A stretch of DNA of 51,600 nucleotides from Planctomycetota bacterium (GTDB lineage: Bacteria > Planctomycetota > UBA1135 > UBA2386), in contig CANMWZ010000030.1 of assembly GCA_947501605.1 (NCBI GenBank), positions 1 to 51,600 of the forward strand. The letters are read 5' to 3'. This document shows, piece after piece, positions 18,494 to 27,130 of the stretch; position 1 is the stretch's first letter, and each line of letters begins with the position of its first letter. The translations under genes were made by a program, and so were the position numbers. The notes under the pieces were generated by a model. The model saw only the letters and a list, made by a program, of their open reading frames with translations, searched no databases and was not told the origin of the DNA.

Positions 18494-19002
18494 CGCCAGA
18501 GCCTCTTCAGGAAGGGTGCCGCCGCGAACGCCGCGGCGAAAGTCGCGCCGACGAACACGAAGCTCCCGACTTGGAGCATCGCACCACCAGACAGTGCGAG
18601 ACCCGAAGTGCAGCCGAGCGAGAGTCGCGCCCCGAAGCCGGCCAACACGCCACCGACCACTGCGGCGCCGAGTCGCGCAACGACACTCGCGCGCGGCCCG
18701 CGTTCGATCGCGATCGCGGCGCGGCCGGCACTGACCGCGGACAAGAGGCCGCCGGCCAGCGTGCCGACAAACATCGCAACGAGGTAACTGCGCAACGGCG
18801 AGCCGCCCTCGTAGAAGGCGCCGGTCACCGCGTTGTTCTCGACGGCTTCGCTCGCGACGGTGTGCGTGGAAGCAGCGGCGAGGCGCGCGATCGCACCCGA
18901 AGCACCGAGCCCGGTGCCGAGCACGACGTAGCTGAGCAGCAACGTGAGCCCGAGGCCGGCGCCCGCGAGATAGGGATTCCAGAACGGTCGGTCGGTGTTC
19001 AT
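18490..19002 (-). CDS. YeeE/YedE-family sulfur-compound transporter subunit
   Basis: WNPYLAGAGLG, GLGASG and GGVLAGFGARLSLGCTSGLALSG. Confidence 0.9.
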   Translation of the reverse strand: MNTDRPFWNPYLAGAGLGLTLLLSYVVLGTGLGASGAIARLAAASTHTVASEAVENNAVTGAFYEGGSPLRSYLVAMFVGTLAGGLLSAVSAGRAAIAIERGPRASVVARLGAAVVGGVLAGFGARLSLGCTSGLALSGGAMLQVGSFVFVGATFAAAFAAAPFLKRLWR

Positions 19003-19012
19003 GGCGTTGCTC

Positions 19013-21055
19013 TCAGCAGCCGGCGCTGCGCTTCTTCGGTTTGGTAGCTGAGGAAGGAACTGCGGCCGACGGCGCGGCGGCAGCTTCCGCTCGGGCCGCC
19101 GGAACGGGCGCCGCGCCCCTCGGCTTCGAGGCGCCGCCGAACTCCTGGCTCGCGTAGAAGTCCATCACGCCACCGAGGAGCACGCGCACGGACCGCTGCG
19201 GTGCGAACGCGAGCAGCGTCCCGCTCGCGGCGAACGCCGTCGTGCCGTCGCGATCGACGAGCACGATGCGCGAAGAAGGCGGCAACGCGTCGACGTGCGC
19301 ACGCAGATCGCCGAGCGCGACGCTCTGACTACCGGGCACGTGCCATTCGGCGAACTGTGCGGCCGGCCGCAGGTCGAGCACCGCGTAGGCCTCAGGTTGC
19401 GTTGCGAGCACGCGCGCCAACAACGCGCTGTCGATCGGTTCGGGCAACACGAGATCCGCATGCACCGCCACCTGAGCGCTGCCAGCCGCGGACGCGACGT
19501 CCGCTACCGAACGACCCACGACAGGTAGCCCTGATTCGACCCAGGCATCGAGACCGCCGTCGAGCGACCCGACGTCGGCAAAGCCGAGCCTCTCCGCGAG
19601 GCCGACCGCCATGCTCGACCGATATGCCGAGTTGCAGACCATGACTACCGGTTGCGTGCGATCGAGGGTTCGCGCGAACCGTTCGCTCTCGGTCACCGGC
19701 AGGTTGCCGACCTCGCCGAGCCGCAGGTCCGCGAACTCGTCCGCTGAGCGCACGTCGACGATCATCGGCTCCGTCCCCGCCTGCATCAGCGCGAACAGGT
19801 CCTTCGGCGCCACGAGCTTGCTCGCGCGCACTGCGCCGCCACCCTTCTGCCACGCCTCGATGCCGCCGTGCACGTAGCCGGCCAACGTGTCGTAGCCGAT
19901 GCGCCGCAGTCGGAACGCGCCTTCCCGAACTTCACTCTCGTCGTTGCCGAGCAACACCAACTGCGCGTCGACCGGCACGACGATCCCCATCCAGGTGTCG
20001 AGGCGCCCGCGCAGCGCGATGTTGACGCTGCCGGAGATGTGGCCCTTGCCGTAGCTCTGCTGGTCGCGCACGTCGACGACGTAGCCACCGGCGGCGAGGA
20101 TCGCGCTCGTCGCCGCGACGTCGAGTGCTTGCGGCAACGGCTGCATGCGATCGACTGGCGGCGGGCCCTTGCGATTCATCGCGACGTTCATCGCGAAGTA
20201 CTGAGGCGCCACGGGCTGGTGCGAGATGACGTTGCTGACGAACGTCGCGCGGCTGCGGAACGCGAGGAACGGGTTGGTCCGCTTCTCGGCGCCGATCGTC
20301 GACGTGGTCTCGGGACTGAGGTGCGCGCCGCACAGCGAACCGGCGCCGTGGGCCGGAAGCACCAGTACGTCGTCGGGCAGGGTCTTCAATCGCTGCACGC
20401 TGTCGAACGATTGGGACGCGAGCTGCGCCGGCGGCACGTCGAGCAGATCTGGCCGACCGATGCTGCCGACGAACAGCGTATCGCCGGTGAATGCGAAGGC
20501 CGGTTCACTCGCGCCTGGCAACGAGAGCAGGAACGTGCTCGCGTCGGGCGTGTGACCCGGAGTATCCCACGCGCGCACCGTCGCGGTGCCGATCGCCACC
20601 ACCTCGCCGTCGGCCAGTGCGCGGTGCGGGAAGGCTGCGCCGGCGCGGCGACTGATCAGCACTTCGGCTCCTGTGGCAGTCGCGAGTTCGAGATGGCCGG
20701 CGACGAAGTCCGCATGCGGATGCGTCAGCAGCACGTAGCGCAACTTGGCGCCGAGCTGCTCGAGATCGCGAAGGTAGTGTTCGATGTCGCGTTGCGGATC
20801 GATCACCACGGCCTCACCGTCGACGACGACCAGATAGCTGAGGTGTGACAGGCAGCCGAGCTGGTACTGCCGGACTAGGACGTTGCCGCGGCGCTCTTCG
20901 AAGGACACCTGCGGCAAGGAAGCACTGTCGCTGTGCGTCCTGCTCTCCGCATCCTGCGGTGCCATCGCGACACCGGCAGCAGGGGGCGCGCCGGCGGCCG
21001 GAGCGGCTCCGAGCAGCGCGGCAGAGAAGACGAGGACGAGATCGGGCATCCGCAT
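19013..21055 (-). CDS. MBL-fold persulfide dioxygenase-rhodanese fusion (CstB-like) with three rhodanese domains and putative signal peptide
   Basis: CLSHLSY, IDPQRD, THPHADF, TPGHT, FTGDTLF, GRPDL and PAHGAGSLCG. Rhodanese active site VCNSAYRS; C-terminus KKRSAGC. Confidence 0.9.
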   Translation of the reverse strand: MRMPDLVLVFSAALLGAAPAAGAPPAAGVAMAPQDAESRTHSDSASLPQVSFEERRGNVLVRQYQLGCLSHLSYLVVVDGEAVVIDPQRDIEHYLRDLEQLGAKLRYVLLTHPHADFVAGHLELATATGAEVLISRRAGAAFPHRALADGEVVAIGTATVRAWDTPGHTPDASTFLLSLPGASEPAFAFTGDTLFVGSIGRPDLLDVPPAQLASQSFDSVQRLKTLPDDVLVLPAHGAGSLCGAHLSPETTSTIGAEKRTNPFLAFRSRATFVSNVISHQPVAPQYFAMNVAMNRKGPPPVDRMQPLPQALDVAATSAILAAGGYVVDVRDQQSYGKGHISGSVNIALRGRLDTWMGIVVPVDAQLVLLGNDESEVREGAFRLRRIGYDTLAGYVHGGIEAWQKGGGAVRASKLVAPKDLFALMQAGTEPMIVDVRSADEFADLRLGEVGNLPVTESERFARTLDRTQPVVMVCNSAYRSSMAVGLAERLGFADVGSLDGGLDAWVESGLPVVGRSVADVASAAGSAQVAVHADLVLPEPIDSALLARVLATQPEAYAVLDLRPAAQFAEWHVPGSQSVALGDLRAHVDALPPSSRIVLVDRDGTTAFAASGTLLAFAPQRSVRVLLGGVMDFYASQEFGGASKPRGAAPVPAARAEAAAAPSAAVPSSATKPKKRSAGC

Positions 21056-21180
21056 AGTTCTACTCTTTGGTTGAATATGCAATCATGGGCCGGACCACCG
21101 CAGGCTGCAAGGCAGCCTTCGAGCCACCTTTTCACCCAATCAAGCCGGATGGGACCGCCTGCCGATGCTCGACGACACGG

Positions 21181-22560
21181 ATGGGCCACGTCCTCGCAGC
21201 AGCACCGGGAGTCGAGCGGTTCCACCTCGTGGACCGCTGGCTACGCGAACTGACCGCACGCGGCCATCGCACCGAGGTCTTGTGCGTCGACGAGGCCGAC
21301 TTCCTGTTCTGGAGTGCCCAGGGCCACTCGTCGAGCTTGGTCTCACCGCAGACCAACGCTGCCGCCAAGGCGGACCTGCGCTTGCAGGTACCGTTGCGCG
21401 AGTTTGCCGAACTCGACTGCCGCCGGATGCGGCGCGCGGCACGCGGATCGACCTTGCGACGCGCAGAACAGCGCCTTCTGCGCCTGCTTCCAGGCCTGAT
21501 CCGCCGCTTCGAAGTCGACGCACCCGACCTCGTCCTGCTGCACCAGCGGCGAACGGGCGCGCATGCGATGTTGCAGTTCGTCGCTCGCGAATTCGGCGTT
21601 CGCGTTCTGTGGACCGGCGACGGGCTGCTACCCGGCACGATGCAGATCGACGAAGGTGGACTCGATGGCGATGCACGCGCCAGCCGTCGCTCTGCCTGGG
21701 ATTTCCGCTCATTACCGAGCGAAGACGAGTTCCTGCGCGCCGCGATGACCGGAGTCGTCGGCCGCAACCATCCTCCTGGCCTGGCGCGGCGAAAGGTCCA
21801 GCGCCCGCCGCTGCTGACACGAATCGGTGCTGCTCTGCGGGGTCGCGCCGAAGGTACTGGGCCGGGATTCTGGTCGGGCTTCCGGTGCTGGCAACGTGCC
21901 GAACCGAGGCCACCGCATCCCGCGCGCACGATCGAGATGCCGCGGGATCCGTTCGTCGTTGTGCTACTGCAATCACGCGACGACGCGCGCGTCCTTCTCG
22001 ACGGCACCACCTCGCTCGCACCGGAGCAACTGCTGCGTGCAGTTCGCGACGCCGTCAATCTGGTCGACCGGAGCATGCCCATCGTGGCCGTGCTGCCTGC
22101 TGCTGGGATCGATGAGCGCGACCTTCGGCCACTCCGCGACATGGAAGGCGTTGTGCTCGAGCTCGCCCATGCCGAGATCGAAGCCTGCATCGCGGCCACG
22201 GCAGTCGTGACGATCAACGCGCCGCATGCGGCGATTGCACTGCTCGCAGACACGCCAGTGCTCCATCTGGAACGCGCGCTCTACGGCATTCCGGGTGTGG
22301 CGGTGCGCTGCACGCTGCCCGATCTGGCAGCCTCGCTGCAACGGGCGCTGAGCGAGGATCAGCCCGAACTCCGTCGGCGCTGCCTGTCGTGGCTGTTCCG
22401 ACACGGGCACCTCTGGTGCGATCCAGAAGAACCGGACTACAACGGGCTTTGTGGCCTGATCATGCAGGTGGAGCGGAGGCTCGGGGGCAGCCCACTGGCG
22501 GGTTCCAACCTGGAGTACCGAGCGGGCCCGGCATGGCCGTTGGCTGCCGAAGGGCGCTGA
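21181..22560 (+). CDS. Divergent KpsS/KpsC-like (capsule synthesis family) protein
   Basis: GLLPGTMQIDEGGLDG, FVVVLLQSRDDARV and AVVTINA..AIALL..PV..L..ALYGIPG resemble KpsS blocks. Confidence 0.65.
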   Translation: MGHVLAAAPGVERFHLVDRWLRELTARGHRTEVLCVDEADFLFWSAQGHSSSLVSPQTNAAAKADLRLQVPLREFAELDCRRMRRAARGSTLRRAEQRLLRLLPGLIRRFEVDAPDLVLLHQRRTGAHAMLQFVAREFGVRVLWTGDGLLPGTMQIDEGGLDGDARASRRSAWDFRSLPSEDEFLRAAMTGVVGRNHPPGLARRKVQRPPLLTRIGAALRGRAEGTGPGFWSGFRCWQRAEPRPPHPARTIEMPRDPFVVVLLQSRDDARVLLDGTTSLAPEQLLRAVRDAVNLVDRSMPIVAVLPAAGIDERDLRPLRDMEGVVLELAHAEIEACIAATAVVTINAPHAAIALLADTPVLHLERALYGIPGVAVRCTLPDLAASLQRALSEDQPELRRRCLSWLFRHGHLWCDPEEPDYNGLCGLIMQVERRLGGSPLAGSNLEYRAGPAWPLAAEGR

Positions 22561-22600
22561 CGTAGCCGCCAGCGCCCCTCGTCGACACACCGCTCGTTCT

Positions 22601-23164
22601 TCAGGCCTGCGCGGCCTGCGAGATGTGCCGCGGCGGTTGCGGTGGCACGCGCGTTTGCTTGGTGCGCGGCTTGCGCTGACCCATCAGTTCGCGCTTCAAG
22701 CGCTCTTCGAGGTCCTTGTCCGTGTCGCGGCGCGCCGAGTGAATCGACTCTTCGAGCACGCGCGCGGCGTCACCGTTCTGGCACGTCATGCGCTGCGCTT
22801 GAGCTACCGCGTCGTAGAACCGAGCGCCTTGCAGCACCGGGCACAGCTTGACGCCGTCGTTGGTCGTGACCCAGGAACCCTCAGGAACCTCGAGCCAGTT
22901 GCCGCGCGTGAGCAGGTTGGCGCGCTCGCTCCAGCGATCCCGCAGGGTGGGCTCGATGGGGCGGTCGTCGTCCAGAAGATAGGTCGGCACGACGTCGTAG
23001 TGTTTGCAGAGCGCGAGCAACATCGGCAAGGTCGGCAGCGAGCGACCCTGTTCCAGATGCGACATCGTCGCTGGGCGAACCCCGAGGATCTTGGCAGTGA
23101 CGCCCTGCGGCTCACGCTTGACGCGGGTGCGGAGGTAGAAGAGCTTGAGATGCAAGCGGCGCAT
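22601..23164 (-). CDS. XRE-family HTH transcriptional regulator
   Basis: Q...AKILGVRPATMSHLEQGRSLPTLPMLLALCKHYDV..TYLL followed by an unknown C-terminal region. Confidence 0.85.
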   Translation of the reverse strand: MRRLHLKLFYLRTRVKREPQGVTAKILGVRPATMSHLEQGRSLPTLPMLLALCKHYDVVPTYLLDDDRPIEPTLRDRWSERANLLTRGNWLEVPEGSWVTTNDGVKLCPVLQGARFYDAVAQAQRMTCQNGDAARVLEESIHSARRDTDKDLEERLKRELMGQRKPRTKQTRVPPQPPRHISQAAQA

Positions 23165-23362
23165 AACTGGGAGGTGGGGACAATGAGCAAGGGAGAGCAG
23201 CCTTCGCCACACGGGCAACGAAGACCGGTAATGCGCAAGTCTAGCACTGTTCGCGGCAATGAGCTGGGAAGCGCAGCGGGCGCGCGATGCCCCGCAGCAG
23301 TAGCGTTTGCTCCAGCGCCGTTGCCAACGACGGTTCGGCGCCAACAGCAGGAACAGAACCAA

Positions 23363-24118
23363 GTGCCAGATTCGGCTTCGATCGTCTTCGTCGGACCTTG
23401 TGATTCGGCCGACGCAGCAGCGTGCATGCGCTTTGGCATCGAGATCGTCGACGGGGCCGAGCCTTCTGCATGGACGCTGCGGCGCGGCGAACTCGGCGAG
23501 CTGGAACTGCGCGCGCCTACACGTGAAGACGCCGTCTGTGTCGCCATCGACTTTGACCGCGGCGATCTCGCACGACGCTTGCAGACCGCCAGCAAGAGTC
23601 AGCCGCTGTCACGCGCGATCGGTCTGCATCGGCGAAGCGAGCCGCCGCGAGTTCTCGATGCAACCGCCGGCCTGGGCCGCGACGCGATGCTGCTCGCGCA
23701 CCTTGGCTGCAGCGTCGTCGCGTGCGAGCGGAACGGCGCACTCGCACTGATGCTCGACGAGGCGGCGCAGCGAGCACCCTTTGCAGCTCGCCTCCAGGTC
23801 CACCATATCGACGCCGAAGAGTATCTCGCGGCGCTGGCGCCCGGCTCGATCGACGTGGTCTATCTCGATCCGATGTTTCCCCAGCAAGGGCGGGCCCAGG
23901 TCAAGAAGGAGATGCAAGTGTGCCGCCGGCTGGCGGGCATGCCGGCTAGTCCTGCCGTTCTGCTGCATCGCGCCTTCTTGTGCGCTCGCGATCGTGTGGT
24001 GGTGAAGCGCCATCCGCACGAACAACCACTCGCGGGCGCGCCATCGTTTACCGTCGATGGCGAGCGCGTGCGATTCGACGTTTACCTCAAGAGCGCGGCA
24101 GCACCGTCAGCGCCGTGA
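23363..24118 (+). CDS. rsmJ: 16S rRNA m2G1516 methyltransferase RsmJ-like
   Basis: VLDATAGLGRDA, DVVYLDPMFP, KKEMQ, RVVVKR and RFDVY. GTG start inferred. Confidence 0.9.
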   Translation: MPDSASIVFVGPCDSADAAACMRFGIEIVDGAEPSAWTLRRGELGELELRAPTREDAVCVAIDFDRGDLARRLQTASKSQPLSRAIGLHRRSEPPRVLDATAGLGRDAMLLAHLGCSVVACERNGALALMLDEAAQRAPFAARLQVHHIDAEEYLAALAPGSIDVVYLDPMFPQQGRAQVKKEMQVCRRLAGMPASPAVLLHRAFLCARDRVVVKRHPHEQPLAGAPSFTVDGERVRFDVYLKSAAAPSAP

Positions 24119-24854
24119 ACGCGCCGCGCGCACGCGCGATCGCGGGCAGGGGCAAGCGCGCAGCGACCGCGTCGACTTCGTGGGCGCGCATGCCCGACAA
24201 CACCAACGGCGCGCAACCGGTCCAGAGTTCGAGAATGGCCGGCAACGCCGCATGCTGCTCGGCGCCGGTCAAGTTGGCGATGACGAAGTCCGCACGAAAC
24301 GGCAGCGCCTCAGGACCACCGAGCACGACCTTCGCTGCCGGCAGCAGTTCGCGCGCTGCGAGCACCGCGGGCTCCTCGATGTCACAGGCCTCGACGCGAC
24401 GGCAGCCGCGCAACCAGGCGTAGCTGGCCAGAATGCCTGACCCAGTGCCGACGTCGGCAAAGGTGGCGGGATCGCACCACGCCGCGTGCAACGCCAGCAA
24501 TGCCGCCTGCGTGCTGTCGTGTTCCCCGCTGCCGAACGCCATGCCGCGCGGCACCACGAGTTCGAAGCCTACGAACGAGGCGGGACGATCGACCCACGGT
24601 GGTCGCACCAGCAGGTCGCTCGCAACCAAGATCGGCACATCGTGCTCGAGGCCCGTTGCGGTCGCGTTGGCGACTTCAGGCGACAGCTCTTCGATGACTA
24701 CCTCGCCGAAGTCGATCGCCGGTAGAGCCCCGGCAAGCCACACGGTGACCATGTCGTCGCCTTCGACGACACCGAGCACGTCCGTGCTCACGTGCAGGCG
24801 ATCGAGTGCCACAGATGCGCCGCCGCCACGCAGCACGAACGCGCGCAGCGTCAT
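24087..24854 (-). CDS. prmA: Ribosomal protein L11 methyltransferase
   Basis: VRPPW, GMAFGSGEHDST, DVGTGSGILA, ANL and LVLSG. Confidence 0.85.
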   Translation of the reverse strand: MTLRAFVLRGGGASVALDRLHVSTDVLGVVEGDDMVTVWLAGALPAIDFGEVVIEELSPEVANATATGLEHDVPILVASDLLVRPPWVDRPASFVGFELVVPRGMAFGSGEHDSTQAALLALHAAWCDPATFADVGTGSGILASYAWLRGCRRVEACDIEEPAVLAARELLPAAKVVLGGPEALPFRADFVIANLTGAEQHAALPAILELWTGCAPLVLSGMRAHEVDAVAARLPLPAIARARGAFTALTVLPRS

Positions 24855-25402
24855 GACGAGCCGACGGCTAGTTCGTGGATGCGGGCGCAGATTGTCGACG
24901 GCTCCACCATGCGACCGACGGCGTCGTAGCCCTCTGCGAGGTGGCCTTCGACCGGCCCGAGCACGTGCATACCACGCTTGCGCAACTGCGCGACGTTGTG
25001 CTGCACGGCGGGGTGCAGCCACATGGCGTCGTTCATCGCCGGGCACAGCAGGATCGGACACCGGCAGGTCAAAGCCAGCAGCGTGACCGCGTCGTCGGCA
25101 ACGCCGGCCGAAAGGCGCCCAATGAGATCGGCCGTCGCCGGCGCGACGACGTAGACCGCCGCCGCGCGCGCAGCGGCGATGTGCGGCACCGAACCATCGG
25201 GGTCCACTTGCGTCGACGACAAGATCGTCTTCTTGCCAGTCAGACCTTCGAACGTGAGTGCACCGACATACTCGGTTGCCCGCGGCGTCATCGCCACGCG
25301 CACCACGAACCCATCTTGGACGAGGCGACTCGCGACGAACGCGATCTTGTAGGCCGCGATGCCGCCGCCGATGCCGAGGAGCACTTCGCGCGGTCCGGTC
25401 AC
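24851..25402 (-). CDS. coaC: Stand-alone phosphopantothenoylcysteine decarboxylase (flavoprotein, CoaC half)
   Basis: LLGIGGGIAAYK, PHI, VAPATAD, PAMN..MW.HP and G.GRM.EP; no CoaB domain. Confidence 0.85.
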   Translation of the reverse strand: MTGPREVLLGIGGGIAAYKIAFVASRLVQDGFVVRVAMTPRATEYVGALTFEGLTGKKTILSSTQVDPDGSVPHIAAARAAAVYVVAPATADLIGRLSAGVADDAVTLLALTCRCPILLCPAMNDAMWLHPAVQHNVAQLRKRGMHVLGPVEGHLAEGYDAVGRMVEPSTICARIHELAVGSS

Positions 25403-25971
25403 CTGCGCACTCCGATCAACTCGGCGACCCGCGTGATCGTTGCGGCGAGGTCGAAGTTGGGGATTGCATGGTCGTAGAGCGGTTCGCCGCCGACCAACTG
25501 CTGCGAAGCGGCGATCTCCTCACGAGCTATGCGAACGCGCGATTCGATGTCGTCCGTGGTGTTGGTGCCGCGGCGAACCAGCCGCTGCCGCAACTCGTCG
25601 ATGCTTGGCGGTGCAATGAACACGTAGATGCCGGGCACTCGCTGTTCCCGCAACTGCTTCGTACCTGCGACCTCGATCTCCAACAAGAAGGTGCGGCCGG
25701 CGGCAATCGCAGTATCCATCGGCCATCGCGGCGTGCCGTAGAGGTTGCCGTTGTAGCTGGCCCACTCGAGGAACTCGCCCTTCGCCGCGCGACGCTCGAA
25801 CTCGTCGCGCGACAAAAAATGGTAGTCCACTCCGCCCTCCTCGCCCGCACGCGGGACACGCGTGGTTGCGGAGACCGAAAACTCGACGCCCGGAAGAAGC
25901 TTGAGCGCGCGACAGACCGAGGTCTTGCCGGCACCCGACGGGCCAGAGATCACCACCAGCTTGCCGCTCAT
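25399..25971 (-). CDS. gmk: Guanylate kinase
   Basis: SGPSGAGKT, SVSATTR.PR.GE..GVDYHF, FLEWA, YGT and FIAPPS. Confidence 0.97.
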   Translation of the reverse strand: MSGKLVVISGPSGAGKTSVCRALKLLPGVEFSVSATTRVPRAGEEGGVDYHFLSRDEFERRAAKGEFLEWASYNGNLYGTPRWPMDTAIAAGRTFLLEIEVAGTKQLREQRVPGIYVFIAPPSIDELRQRLVRRGTNTTDDIESRVRIAREEIAASQQLVGGEPLYDHAIPNFDLAATITRVAELIGVRR

Positions 25972-26837
25972 TCGAGGTTGGCCGCCTGCTCCTTGAGCCG
26001 ATCGATTGCCGACTTCATCGCAACAACGCAGTGCGCCATTGCGACATCCGGCGACTTCGAACCGAGAGTGTTGGTTTCGCGCAGCACTTCTTGCAGCAGG
26101 AACTCGAGCTTGCGCCCGACGCCGCTGCCGTGAAGCAGGAGACCGCGGATTTCGCGCAGATGCGCCCCGAGCCGCTGCAGTTCTTCGTCGACATCGACGC
26201 GCTCGGCAAACAGCCCGACCTCGCGGACCAGTTCCGCCGCCTGCAGCTGCAGGCCCTGCGTCGCCACGAAGTCGCGCAACCGCTGCAGCAACCTCGCGCG
26301 ATAGTCGTCGATGATCGCTGGCGCGCGGTCGACAGCTTCCGCACGCAAGCGATCGAGCGAATCGAGTTCGAGGCGCATGGCTGCGACCGTGTCGGCGCCG
26401 CTCTGCGCGCGGTGCGCTTGCAGGTCAGCGATCGCAGTGCGCAACAGAGCCAACACCTGCGGCGACGCATCGCGGTCGGCAGTGACGCGCGACTCGGCGG
26501 CCAGCGCCAGCACTTCACGCAAGCCCAGGTCATCGCGCAGACCGAGGTCGCGTGCGAGCGAGCGCAGATCGGCAACCATGACCTGCAGGGCTTGGCGATC
26601 TGGCAGCCCCACCGCCCGACTCTCGCGCTCGACGATCAGCGTGACGGTGCCGCGACCAATGGTGCGGCGCATCTCGTCTTCGAAGACGGGCTCGAAACCC
26701 GCGACTTCGTGGCAGAGCCGCTGCTTGAGCTGCAATGTGCGGCCATTGACCGAACGCAACTCGATGCGCAGCGGCCCCACTTCTGTGGTACCGACTGCAG
26801 AGCCGGTACCGGTCATGCTCAAGGTCGCTGCACTCAC
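25968..26837 (-). CDS. yicC: YicC/YloC-family endoribonuclease
   Basis: SMTG.G, ELRSVNGR, DVDEELQRL and GRKLEFLLQE..RE.NTLGSKS...EQAANLE. Confidence 0.93.
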   Translation of the reverse strand: MSAATLSMTGTGSAVGTTEVGPLRIELRSVNGRTLQLKQRLCHEVAGFEPVFEDEMRRTIGRGTVTLIVERESRAVGLPDRQALQVMVADLRSLARDLGLRDDLGLREVLALAAESRVTADRDASPQVLALLRTAIADLQAHRAQSGADTVAAMRLELDSLDRLRAEAVDRAPAIIDDYRARLLQRLRDFVATQGLQLQAAELVREVGLFAERVDVDEELQRLGAHLREIRGLLLHGSGVGRKLEFLLQEVLRETNTLGSKSPDVAMAHCVVAMKSAIDRLKEQAANLE

Positions 26838-26896
26838 GACAACCCCGCGCCGCGCGCGTCGCTACCGCGGCTACGTGCCGCGGCGACAGCGACTGA

Positions 26897-27130
26897 TCAG
26901 TTGTTCCAGGTAGCGTTGATGACCAACGCCGAGATGCAGAAAACGGCAGCAAGGGTCATCGTGACCTTGTTGATGCCGCCCGACTTGACGCCGAATGTTT
27001 CAGCGCCAACGCCGCCGAACGCCTCGGACATGCCACCACCCTTCGACTCCTGCAGCAGAATCACGGCGATCAGCAGGACGGAGGAAAGGAAGAACAGAAC
27101 CCAGGAGATGTAGTGCAGTGCGAGGCTCAT
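26897..27130 (-). CDS. secG: Preprotein translocase subunit SecG
   Basis: Two TM helices flanking ILLQESKGGGMSEAFGG; directly downstream of tpiA. Confidence 0.93.
   Translation of the reverse strand: MSLALHYISWVLFFLSSVLLIAVILLQESKGGGMSEAFGGVGAETFGVKSGGINKVTMTLAAVFCISALVINATWNN

Noticed and set aside
19010..19018. TGC-TGA at the end of the MBL-rhodanese gene as possible Cys-Sec read-through
   Set aside because: The next gene starts 10 bp later, no SECIS-like hairpin was recognised, and the read-through sequence is not a GCUG-type motif.
26838..26896. Expected tRNA-Leu after secG
   Set aside because: Only about 60 bp with a simple ccgcggc/gccgcgg hairpin; no cloverleaf or TTCGA arm.
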